A stretch of DNA of 63,449 nt, filler included. It is 8 parts of 8 records of this genome, joined end to end, with 100 filler letters (N's around TTAATTAATTAA, not from the genome) between each part and the next. Parts side by side here need not be neighbours in the genome. Positions count along the whole stretch, not along the records: positions 18,196 to 24,701 come from SRR7504441_5467; positions 24,802 to 34,152 come from SRR7504441_5469; 6 more parts are not named here. One strand, written 5' to 3'. Position numbers and translations under genes: made by a program. The notes under the pieces were generated by a model that had not been told where the DNA came from, made no database searches, and saw only the letters and a list, made by a program, of their open reading frames with translations. Positions 24,101 through 34,110 of this stretch are shown in pieces (the stretch's first letter is position 1; each line of letters begins with the position of its first letter).

Positions 24101-24701
24101 GGCGTCGCTCGAGTCTGTCGCCGACTGGCACGCCCCGAGCACGAGCTGGGCAAACTGCGCATCGTCCACCCGCCACCAGTCGCGCATCAGCCCCAGCCGC
24201 ACTCGGGAGGACAGGGTTGGGTTCACGTGATCAGTAAGCGAGCTCGCTTTCAGCAGCGGGCCTGCCGCATGCTCGACGTTGAAGGTTTGCCGGATGTCGC
24301 GCAGACAGCCCGCCGGCGAGAGCCCGAGCATCCGCGGGGTGAGGTGGGCGCTCACCACGCCCTCCGGGGACAGATCCAGGTGCCCGAGGTCCGTCGGCAG
24401 CGCCCCGCCCTCCTCGGGCGCGACGGCCCCCGCGTGAACCGGCTGGCTCGGCCTGTTCGGTACCAGGCCCTTCTTGGTGAGCCAATCGGCCAGCCGGCGG
24501 AGCCAGCCCGGCTTCTCCGGCTCGGGCGCCCTGTCGAATCCGGTGAGCAGCCCACGGAGCTCCAGCGAGGTGCTCAGCTTGTTGTTGCCCTCGCCGAGCG
24601 CAGCCACCGCCCCGTCGACAGCCGCCTGCACCGCCTCCGGGGTGCGCGTGGGGTCGTGGAGCGCGTCGAGCGCGTCGAGCAGGGCACGCTCCTTGGGGGG
24701 G
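18196..24701 (-). CDS. very large (~2000 aa) conserved protein of bacterial-like type, possibly alpha-2-macroglobulin-like; partial at both ends
   Basis: Consecutive long ORFs joined by ~40-nt introns; motifs ETEAYCESQY, SRFWADWA, HELHIFLARRDPQFF, FYFPRAG, YRIELELLFSSNPF and GQLKV. Confidence 0.6.
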
Positions 24702-24801
24702 NNNNNNNNNNNNNNNNNNNNNNNNNNNNNNNNNNNNNNNNNNNNTTAATTAATTAANNNNNNNNNNNNNNNNNNNNNNNNNNNNNNNNNNNNNNNNNNN
24801 N

Positions 24802-26476
24802 CGGGGGCAAGGACTGGTCGCCGTGGGTGCACATCCCGGTGGGCTACTTCAAGAACATCCACAACCCGAAGACCGACTGGATGTTCAAGGTGGATCCCGA
24901 GACTTCTGGGCTGGCCGGGCGCGGGATCGCCTGGCCGCGCGGCAAGGTGCTCGGCGGATGCAGCAGCATCAACGGACTACTCTACATTCGCGGGCACCGG
25001 TCCGACTACGACAACTGGTGCGACAGCCTTGGGCTCAAGGGCTGGGGATACGACGACGTGCTCCCGCACTTTAAGCGGGCCTTCAAGCAAGAGCGCGGGG
25101 CAGACCCGTGGCACGGAGAGAACGGCCCAGTGGCCGTCACCGACCCGCGGCTGTCCCGGCCGCTGGTGGACGACTTCATCGCGGCGGCCGAGGAGGAGGG
25201 GGTCTCGTGCAACAAGTGGTGGTGGCAGGACGAGGACAAGTCGCACGACTTCAACGGCCCGGAGCAGGAGGGCGCTGGCTACTTCCAGGTGACCGTGGAC
25301 AAGTCGATGCGCTGCTCGGCCGCGGTGGCCTACCTCGAGCCCGCCCGTGACCGGGCCAACCTGGACGTGGTGGTCAATGCGCAGGCCTCGCGGGTGCTGT
25401 TCGACAAGAGCGCCGGACCGCTGGTGGCCTCGGGCATAGAATACAGCGTCAACGGCCAAGACTTCGAGGCGCGCACCGTGGCCGGCGACGCCGGACGGGG
25501 CGAGGTGATCCTGTCGGCCGGCGCGATCGGCTCCCCGCAGCTGCTCCAGCTGTCGGGAGTCGGGCCGCAGCAGACGCTCGAGGGCGCCGGGGTGCCGCAG
25601 CTGCTCGAGCTGCCCGGGGTGGGGGGCAACCTGCAGGACCACCTGCAGATCCGGTCGGTCTACCGCACCCTCGAGAGCGTCTCCACCCTGAACGGCGAGC
25701 TCAACTCGTGGTGGCAGAAGCTGGGCGCCGGGATAGAGTACATGCTCAAGGGAACCGGGCCGCTCTCGATGGCCGCCTCGGTCGGCTGCGTGTTCGCCCG
25801 GACCCAGCCGGAGATGGACATGCCCGACGTCCAGTTCCACTTCCAGCCGCTCTCGGCCACCCAGGGCAAGGTCGGCGGCGCCAAGCTCGACCCATTCCAG
25901 GCGTTCACCTCTTCAGTCTGCCAGCTCCGGCCAAAATCGCGCGGCCAGCTGTCGATCATGTCCTCCGACCCGGCCCAGCACCCCAAGATCGACGCAAACT
26001 ACCTGAGCCACGAGGAGGACCAGCGGTGCGTGATCGACGCCCTCAGGCTCTCGCGGAGGATCTGCCAAGAGTCTGCTAAGATGTCGCCAAACGTGCTCGA
26101 CGAGCTGGTCCCGGGGAAGGAGGTGGACAACTCGGACGAGGCGCTGCTCCAGGTGGCCCGGCAGCTGGGCGAGTCTATCTACCACCCGGTGGGCACCTGT
26201 GCGATGGGCCGGTCACTAGCAGCCGACCCTGAGAGCGTGGTGGACGTCTCACTCCGGGTGCACGGGATCGCCGGGCTGCGAGTGGCCGACGCCTCGATCA
26301 TGCCCGAGATTGTGAGCGGCAACACCAACGCGCCCACCATCATGATCGCAGAGAAGCTGGCGAGTGAAATGCGGCGGGAGCGAGGCAACTCGTCTCAGGC
26401 ACAACCAGCTACGAGTAGGAACAGCGAGAATGTGGTGAGTTCGGCCTCGTCCGCAACGGAACGCCAGTTTCAGTAA
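24802..26476 (+). CDS. GMC oxidoreductase (choline dehydrogenase-like), 5' partial
   Basis: [83 protein letters not shown]. Confidence 0.93.
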
Positions 26477-26640
26477 GCTTGATCTATATTATACATCATA
26501 TATTTATTAAAACTTTATTATCACAACACTCAAGTGTCAATAATTCGTTCATTCAATTGAGCATCAGGCGGATAATGAAATTCATTGATGATCCGATTCG
26601 ATGAAGTAATAGTTACTGCGTTTCATAATTATTCATGTTT

Positions 26641-26701
26641 GAACTGACGATCGGTGCTGCTCCTCGCTAAGGTTTGAGAGCAGCACGTCATCCGTGAGTT
26701 C
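26641..26701 (-). promoter_or_regulatory. eukaryotic SECIS element in the 3' UTR of the UGSC selenoprotein gene
   Basis: Minus strand GAACTCACGG-ATGAC-GTGCTGCTCTC-AAA-CCTTAGCGAG-GAGCAGCAC-CGAT-CGTCAGTTC: AUGA/GA core, helix II GTGCTGCTC/GAGCAGCAC, AAA 11 nt above the core, helix I GAACT.ACG/CGT.AGTTC. Confidence 0.9.
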
Positions 26702-26725
26702 TTTTGAGAAGAGTGCGGCATCCGA

Positions 26726-28707
26726 CTAATGTCAGGTGCTGCAGTCGTCCGTTGGGGCCTGCATGTCGAGTTCTAGCTCGCACAGCGGCGCCTCCGATTG
26801 CAGCCCGCTCTCGACCTGCTCTAGCACGGCATCGGCCTTGTGCTGCAGCTCTTGCACGGTCTGGTCCGAGATCGGGTGCTCCAGGAACACTCTGCCGGCC
26901 AGCTCACTGCCAGCCTCCGCCAGGCCGCACCGGTCCATCTGGGCCGCCCCGAGCTGGACTGCCTGGTACTCGGCCTGGGGCCTGAACGAGCTGGAGAGGA
27001 GCGCCACGGCCGGGATCCCAGCTTGCTCGAAGAAGCAGCAGTCGTGCGTGATGCAGGTGGTGCATGAGCCTCAGTCGGCCAGCCCGGCCACCACCAGCTC
27101 GCACTCGGCTGCGATCCTTGCCCGAAGCTCGTCCGGACACGGCCGGCTGAACGTGGGCTTGCAGTACCGAGAGAAGCGCAGCCCTGGGTACCTGGCCTGC
27201 CCACACACTCAGCCCGGCCAGTCCGGGGGCTCACGCCCAGTCGGCTCTCGATCCGATCCAGCACGTGGCTCCCTCCGGGCTTGCTGATGTCTACAAGCCC
27301 AATCACACAGCCGTCGAGCAGAGCCGACCGCCGCCTCGGGCAGCGACGGATCAGCTGCTGGGTGGAGGCCCTGCGCGGGTCGACCAGCTGGCTGCTCCAG
27401 ACGGCTGCGGGCGGTCTGGTCTCGACAGTCGGAGGGAGCGGCTCGACTTTGACCGAGACGGCTTGCGAGAGGTTGCAGGTGGCCATTCCAGGCTTGCCCA
27501 GCCCGAATCCTGGGTAGAGCTGGGAGAACTTGCCGGCCTCGGCCCCGGCCACCACGATATGGAACGAGTCGGGGCTCGAGAACTTGGGGAGCAGCTTGCC
27601 TTGGATCAGACCAGCCACCGGCCCCACAAGCTGGCTGAGCTGGACCAAAAGCAGAGCCGACGCGAGCTTGAGCGGGTGCCTGGCGCCGAGCAGCCAGAGC
27701 AGTCCGGCCAGCAGCCCGGCCTGCACCAGCCGCTGGCCCCGATTGAGTCTCGGGGGCGCCAGCAGGTTGAGCAGCCGCCAGAGAGCCTGGACTAGGCTGG
27801 CCAGCAGCACACAGAGCACGGCCGGCCGGCCCTTCATCGCCAGGTAGCCGCGCACCCCGTCGTACACCCCGTTGGCGTAGTGGGCGTTGGTGGCCCGGGC
27901 GAGCGCGAGCTGCAGCTGGCGCTTGGAGCGGATCCCTCCTCGCTGGAGCGTCTTGGCGTGCTCCGGGCTGACCACCAGCAGCAGCTCGTTGATGAAGCAG
28001 AGCTCCTGCGAGTAGCACACCGCCGCCTTGGCCGCTAGTTTGTCCACCAGCTCATCCGCCCCGCGCGCGCTGAAGTCGATCAACTGTTCTGCCCCTGAGG
28101 CCAGCGCCTGCACTGTGACGCTCGACCCGTCAGCCAGCGGGGCCCAGCTCCCGAGCGCGGCCTCGTTCTCGGCCAGGCACCAGGTGAACTTGTTCGGGCT
28201 GCCGATCGTGCTAGACTCGGTCCCCCCGGGCTTGGCGCCCCCCAGATTCTGGAGCACCAAACGGAGCGCCCGCCCCACCGACGCGTTCCCCCGGTGGCCG
28301 GAGCCGAGCGCGGCGAGACCGCTGTTGATCTGGCCGGAGAGCCGGGCCGGGCCGTTGACCACGGTGCCGATGCAGGCGCCCATGGTGGTGGCGTGCACCC
28401 CGTGCAGGTTGAACCTCTGCTCGAGCATCCCCGCGCACCCGGCCAGCACCAGCGGCAGCTGCTCCGGACCGCAGCCGGCCATCACCGCGTTAGCGGCCAC
28501 CTGCCGGACCGAGGCCGCCGAGTAGGCCGGCGGGACCTTGCCGATCAGCTCGTCGGGCGACCGGCTGGTGCCGGAGAGCATCCAGCGCACCCGCTCGGGG
28601 GTGGGGGGCACCAGCGGCAGCCCGTCGCTCAGCCCGAGCCGGGCCAGGAACTCGATGGCGTCCTCGCCCTCGGGCACCGTCAGACCCCCTCCGGGCTCCG
28701 GCGCCAT
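26726..28707 (-). CDS. UGSC-family selenoprotein fused to a bacterial-type DGLPxVPPT domain (Sec codon TGA at 27071-27073; possible second Sec at 26732-26734)
   Basis: N-domain SDGLPLVPPTPERV...VAANAVMAGC...ATTMG...NASVGRALRL...AENE; intron 27197-27234 gives GLVDISKPGG...RYCKPTFSRPCP...VVAGLAD(TGA)GSCTTCITHD...GIPAVAL...F..QA...HPISD; probable in-frame intron 26892-26930; SECIS directly downstream. Confidence 0.88.
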
Positions 28708-28749
28708 GTGCTCCACCCCGCACGCGCCACGCTACAGTAGTGTCCAGCC

Positions 28750-28790
28750 CCGTGAAAGCCCGACAAAAGCTAGGGGCCGTGAAAGCCCGA
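28750..28790. repeat. 14-bp direct repeat CCGTGAAAGCCCGA x2 in the divergent promoter
   Basis: Exact copies at 28750-28763 and 28777-28790. Confidence 0.8.
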
Positions 28791-28861
28791 TGACGAGACG
28801 GAGCCGTTTCCGTTGGCAGCCCAAAGTACAAAATGAAGGGAGTGGTGCACCGCTGAGCGAG

Positions 28862-31198
28862 ATGCCGAGCGTGACAGGGATCCCGTTCGTGGACCACCAG
28901 CGGCGGCGGTCGCCGTCCAAGCAGCAGCAGCCGCGCAGCTCGCCCGAGCGCTCGCGGGCCGGGACGGCCGGGCTGATTCGGGCGATCATGAGCGGGGGTC
29001 ACGCCGAGGCTCGCCGGCTGATCAAGCAAGGCGCCGACCTGAACGCGCTCGGGCAGGACGGGCTGACCCCGCTGCACGCCGCCGCCACCCGGAACGACGT
29101 GACGGTCCGCCCCGCCCGGCCGACCCCGGCCGACCCCGGCCAGATCGCCCGGGTGCTGCTGAAGGCCAAAGCCCACCCCGACCCGGCCGGCCGGTCGGAG
29201 CTGCGCCCGCTCGACATCGCGCTGCGCAAGGTGCCGCCCCCCGGGGTGCAAAGCACGACCGGGGCCGCAGGGGCACGACGACGTAGCGGCGGCGCTGATC
29301 GAGGGCTCGGCGGAGCTCGGGCCGGTCCCGGTGGGCCGGGCGAGGATGAGCCCGCTGCACGTCGCGGTGATCAAGGGCATGCCGCTGGCGGTGCAGTCGC
29401 TGGCGCGGCGGGGGGCGGATCTGGCCGAGAAGGACGCGGACGGCCTGGGGGCTGTGCACCACGCGTGCATCCACGGGCAGCAGGACGCTCTCGAGACGCT
29501 GATCAACTGCCGGGCCGAGCTGAACCAGCAGGATAGAGGCGGCTGGACCGCGCTGCACGTGGCCGCGGCCGCCGGCGACAAGGCAATAGGGCTGGCCGGC
29601 TCGTTGCTGGTGGCGCGCTCCGACCCGAACGCTCGAGAGTCGGTGCGAGGCCTGTCGATGCCAGGCGAGCCGGAGGGGCAGGGAGGGCACACCCCGCTGA
29701 TGCTGGCCGCCCAGAAGCAGCACGAGGGGATGACCAAGTGCCTGGCCCAGTGGAAGGGCACCCAGATCAACAGCGGCAACCTGCAAGGCCAGACAGCGGT
29801 CCGGCCCAGCCGCTGCTGCCGGCTCAGCTGGGGGGCAGCTGCACATGGCCGCGATTGCGTGCAGCGTGCCGCTGGTGCAGCCGCTGGTGAGCAACGGTGC
29901 CCGCTCCCGCGGCTGGCCGGCTCAGTCGGTGGGCAGCGGCCGATCTGAACAGTCGGGACAACCGCGGGCAGACTCCGCTAGACATTGCGTACGCGAGCCA
30001 GCAGCACCCTCGCCAGCCGGAGCTGCTGCTCTACCTCACCGCGCGCGGCCCCGACGACGCGGCCCCGTGGCGCTCGCAGGCGTTCGCTGACTCGTGGGTG
30101 GCCAGCCCTGCGGTCCAGCTCCCGACTGCCGTCCCGCCTCTGGCGCTGAACGAGCTGTCGACCAACACGCAGGCGAGCGCGCCCAGCGTGCCGGAGAGCG
30201 AGGGCCCGTCGCGGCACAGCAGCCGGGACAGCGACGGCTGGCCGGTCGAGCAGGGCTTTGAGCAAAGTGAGGAGAAGCGCGAGTGCCGTGAGATGAGCAC
30301 AGGCGAGCTGCGGGGCTGGCAGGAGGTGGGGCTTGGGCCGCGGGCACGCGTGTTCTGCGCGGGGCTCACCCCGGAAGGGCAGCGGCTGGTGCGGCAGTGG
30401 GGGCACAGCCTGGACCAAGTGGCAGTCAAACAGCTCCACTCGGTCGCACTCCTCCCACAGCAACTGGCCAGCTTCAGGCGCGAGATGGCCAGGCTTCAGC
30501 AGCTGGAGCACCCGAGCCTGGTCCCGGTGATCGCCGTGAATGTGCAGAACCACAGGGCGGGCGTGGTGGTCCCGCTCTGGAGCCAGCAGGCGAGCAGCCT
30601 GCAGCAGCTGATCAGCCAAGCCGGCCCGATAGAACAGGCCCAGTTGGTGCACGTGGCCGTCCAGCTGGCCGACGCGCTCTGCTACCTGCACGGCCAGCGG
30701 CTGATCCACCGGCGACTCAACCCGCGGAACGTGCTGCTCGCTGGCGACAGAGTGATGCTCACCGACGGGTGGGAGGCTGTCGGGGTGCCTTCGGCCGACG
30801 AGCGGCTCGGGCTGGCCATGCCGCAGTGGGTGGCCCCGGAGGTGCTCCGAGGGGCCCGGGGCACCACCGCGAGCGACCTCTACTCGTTCGGGATGACGCT
30901 GTTTGCCATGGCTGACGGCGCCTCGCCGTTCAGCCGCGAGTACGACTCGGCGATAGCGGCTGCATTCGCTGCGGCGCACTCTGGGGTCCGGCCGCAGGTG
31001 AGCAGCCGCCGGGGCCGGGCTCAGGCGCGGGCAGCTCCGGCCGGGCGCCCAAGTTCCCAAAAAGGTGATGCAGCTGATGGAGCAGTGCTGGGCGGCCGAC
31101 CCTTGTAAGCCGGTGGCTGGGGGAGCGCTGAGTGAAGTATGGCAGGTGCGCGACCAAACGCGGCTGAGTGCGCCCAAAAGCTTAGATCATACATGTAG
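28862..31198 (+). CDS. ankyrin-repeat pseudokinase (TKL-like); alternative start at 28790
   Basis: Multiple GxTPLHxA repeats across 39-41 nt introns; kinase domain with VAVK, HRRLNPRN, DGW, WVAPE, SDLYSFG and CW..DP|CARP; ends LRSYM-TAG. Confidence 0.82.
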
Positions 31199-31609
31199 TA
31201 CAAGACGAGTACAAGACGAGTACCTAGGCCGGTACTAGGCCGGTGAGCGACGAATTTATAGGCGTCCTAGTAAAAGTATTGGCGATGAAGCTTATTTAAA
31301 TTTCCCGTATGGTACGAGTAGGAGGCATCTACGAGGCAGTTAGGGGCAGTCAAGATCTGGACTCGACCATGATCCAAAGCAGCGTACGGCAATTGCTGCC
31401 CAATGTACGTATCCTACACCCACGTTCACCTGTTGACCAGCCGGAGAGTCCGGGCCGCTGTGAGCTGAACTAGGACCCCGGTGGGGACTAGGCGCTATCA
31501 GATGCGCGAATACGACTCACTCAACGCAGTCAGTGATTTCTTAAGGGACTTCTTTACAACATTCGAACTACATTCGAATAACGACTTATTTAAAGTGCAA
31601 TCAATCGAA

Positions 31610-32593
31610 TCAATCATCCGGAAGGAGCGGATTTGCGCCGCCATTGCTGCCGGTCGGCTGCCAGCCTGGGAAGCATTTCTTTCCCTTGGGCACCTCGGCC
31701 AGATATGCCTCCCGAGTGCGCGGGAAGTCATAGTGGTCCATGATGCCGTCGTTCAGCATCGACTTATTCCGGGCTGCTCTCTTGGCTTTCATCTCATCAG
31801 ACAAGTCGGCATCGGCCAGCTCCTTATCGAACAATTTAGCCGCAAACCCGTGCGGCGTGGCCTCGATCACCCCGCTCAGCCACTCCTGCACCGGCAGCGT
31901 ATTCTTCCCGGGGCATTTGCTCTGGTGAGATATCGGCAGCTGCCTGCCCTCGCCCGTGTGGATCTCCATCACTTTCTCTATCTGCTCATTCAGAGGATCA
32001 ACTATCCCGTCCCAACAGTCTGGGCCGCGCGGCTTGGCGTCAACCTTAACCGTGTACGTTTTATTCTCCATCGGATCGTACTCGCTCTCGATGATTATAT
32101 CTCGGAACACCATCTTCGAGTCCGCCGTCTCTATGTACTTCTGGAACAGCTCGTTCAAACGCTCATTGAGCGCGACGCTATCAATATCCCCGACCTGGGA
32201 GGCGATCTGCTTCTGGATCTTCTGGTACACCTGCTCGGTCCAGATGTTGTGCAACTCTTTCTTCTGATTGTGCCACTTGCCGTGCTGAATCCGCAGGAAC
32301 TCGTCCATTTCAGCCACCATCGTATTCTGCCTGTGCTCAATCTGGGCGAGTCGGTCCGCCTCCCGCCGGTCGCGCGTGATGTTCTTCTCCTGCACCCGCC
32401 GGGAGATCGCCTTGCGCATCAGGTCCACATCGCGGGCGGCCTTCTCCTTGGCCAGCCTGTTCTTCTCGACGATCCGCGGATCGAACTTGACCTCTGGCGG
32501 CTTCCTGACTTGGACGGTCTTGCGCGGCCCCGCCGGGGTGCACGACTGCAGCATGTCCTTGAGCAGGTCCTGCGAGCCTACCGACACCGCCAT
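31610..32593 (-). CDS. FAM228-like protein
   Basis: KKELHNIWTEQVYQKIQKQI...VFRDIIIESEYDP resembles the FAM228 family; single ORF. Confidence 0.6.
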   Translation of the reverse strand: MAVSVGSQDLLKDMLQSCTPAGPRKTVQVRKPPEVKFDPRIVEKNRLAKEKAARDVDLMRKAISRRVQEKNITRDRREADRLAQIEHRQNTMVAEMDEFLRIQHGKWHNQKKELHNIWTEQVYQKIQKQIASQVGDIDSVALNERLNELFQKYIETADSKMVFRDIIIESEYDPMENKTYTVKVDAKPRGPDCWDGIVDPLNEQIEKVMEIHTGEGRQLPISHQSKCPGKNTLPVQEWLSGVIEATPHGFAAKLFDKELADADLSDEMKAKRAARNKSMLNDGIMDHYDFPRTREAYLAEVPKGKKCFPGWQPTGSNGGANPLLPDD

Positions 32594-32610
32594 CCCCACC
32601 AGGAATAGTC

Positions 32611-32618
32611 TGCCGTTA
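32611..32618 (+). promoter_or_regulatory. Myb-like promoter element TGCCGTTA
   Basis: Between divergent ATGs 32593 and 32692. Confidence 0.55.
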
Positions 32619-32691
32619 CTGACCGGCTGGAGGAGAAGCAAAGTGCGGCCCGGTTGAAGCGGGGGCTGCGCCCTTGCGACTCCGAGCTCTC

Positions 32692-34110
32692 ATGCCGCGG
32701 GCCACTGGCCGGAGCGGGCCGGAGCTGCGGCCGGCGGCGGTGACGCTCTCAGCCACGGTGGCTGCCATCTCGCACACCCCGGGCCGGTCGCGCGGCTGCC
32801 TGTTCGGCTGCGCTGCCGAGCCACAGGAGCTGTACGAGGTGTCGGTGCGCATGGCCGGCCTGGAGTGGCGGCTGCGCAAGACGGGCCAGCAGTTTGATCA
32901 GCTGCACCAGTCGGTCTGCGCCGGGATCCAGGCCCGCACCCAGCTCAGCACGGTGCAGGCGCTCGCCCAGAACGTCACGCCGCTCTCGGCGGACGAGGCC
33001 GATCATATCATGGCCCAGATGCCCAGCCCGCCCGCCCGGCCAAAGAGCTACCCGTGGAGCGAGCCGCCCGGCCCGGAGCATATGCGCGAGTCGGCGTTCA
33101 GGTGGGAGCAGCACCTGCGCCAGCTGATCGGGATCGCGCACGAGCAGCACGCCAGGTGGGGCCGAGTGCTCTTCTTCGACCAGCTGCAGGATTGGCTGGA
33201 CTGCCGGGCCCAACTGGCCCGCCCGACCGCCCCGCATCCGACCAGCAGCCAGCCGGCCAGCCAGGATCCGAGCCCCCGGGCCGCCCAGTCGCCGGCACGG
33301 TCAGTATCGCCAGAGGAGCTACGGCGGCAGGTGCTCGCGCTGAAGGAGGCGATCGACGGCTCCGGCTCGCAGATTGATCTGGTGCTCCAGGCCGAGGCAG
33401 AACTGGAGGCCAACAAGCCGTTCGGAGCCACCGTAGACAAAGAGCCGGACTCGCCCTCACGACGGAGCCGGCGGCGGGCGGAGCTGGGCAACGCGGTGGA
33501 GGAGGATCGGCTTGTGAGAGAGTTCCCCAGGCTGTTCGACCAGGCGGGCGGCGAGCGAGTGCTGCACTGGCTGCTCGGGTCGCACCTGGACCAGGCCACC
33601 GGCAAGCTGACCGACGGCAAGCTATACTTGGCCGGCCGGGACGGGAGGGCTGAGCAAGTGTTCTTTGCGGAGGAGGAGGGCGGGATGAGGCTCAGCTTCC
33701 GGGTGAGTGAGCTGGAGCGACTATGCAAGGACGACTACCTGATGATCCACAAGGGGATCGTGTTTCGCTGCCGGGCCGAGCCAACCGGGCCGGAGAACGA
33801 GCTGGAGGACAGGCCGTTCGTGATGGGCCGGCACGACGCGATCATCTTGAACGAGCCCGAGCTGGCCAAGCCGCAGCCGGGCGAGCTCGAGGCCGCCCAG
33901 GACCAGCACGCCTTCTACAAGATCGTCGACCGGAGCCGTGAGTTTGACCGGATGGCCAGGCTGTGTCGGATGGAACTCTCGCAGACCGGCGAGGCCCTTG
34001 TAGTGCAGCAAGGACAGAGCGAGCTCGACCCGCCGGGCAGCACACGCAGCACCCGATCTAGGCATGGGTCTAGGGTTAGCCGGCGGGGCGGGGTGTCAAT
34101 ACCCTCTTAA
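32692..34110 (+). CDS. PX-like plus GRAM/PH-like domain protein
   Basis: YEVSVRMAGLEWRLRKTGQQFDQLHQ (PX-like) and FPRLF...GERVL...GKLYL...FF (GRAM-like); single ORF. Confidence 0.55.
   Translation: MPRATGRSGPELRPAAVTLSATVAAISHTPGRSRGCLFGCAAEPQELYEVSVRMAGLEWRLRKTGQQFDQLHQSVCAGIQARTQLSTVQALAQNVTPLSADEADHIMAQMPSPPARPKSYPWSEPPGPEHMRESAFRWEQHLRQLIGIAHEQHARWGRVLFFDQLQDWLDCRAQLARPTAPHPTSSQPASQDPSPRAAQSPARSVSPEELRRQVLALKEAIDGSGSQIDLVLQAEAELEANKPFGATVDKEPDSPSRRSRRRAELGNAVEEDRLVREFPRLFDQAGGERVLHWLLGSHLDQATGKLTDGKLYLAGRDGRAEQVFFAEEEGGMRLSFRVSELERLCKDDYLMIHKGIVFRCRAEPTGPENELEDRPFVMGRHDAIILNEPELAKPQPGELEAAQDQHAFYKIVDRSREFDRMARLCRMELSQTGEALVVQQGQSELDPPGSTRSTRSRHGSRVSRRGGVSIPS

Noticed and set aside
24802-26476. 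Intronless bacterial-like GMC oxidoreductase (and GST) as contamination
   Set aside because: On the same contigs as intron-containing genes, with the same spacer motifs and composition
27071-27073. TGA as evidence of genome-wide stop-codon reassignment or a pseudogene
   Set aside because: TGA, TAA and TAG all terminate other genes here (e.g. NAA20 ends TGA, PSME4 TAG, NAGLU TAA); the TGA lies in the Sec motif and a SECIS follows
26821-27196. C-terminal part of the 631-aa ORF in the track (...VSPRTGRAEC...TRPMPC)
   Set aside because: Read-through of the 38-nt intron into the wrong frame; the spliced frame gives the conserved UGSC domain
31481-32608. 375-aa plus-strand ORF and many similar shadow ORFs
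   Set aside because: Antisense shadows of real genes in GC-rich DNA with no recognisable motifs
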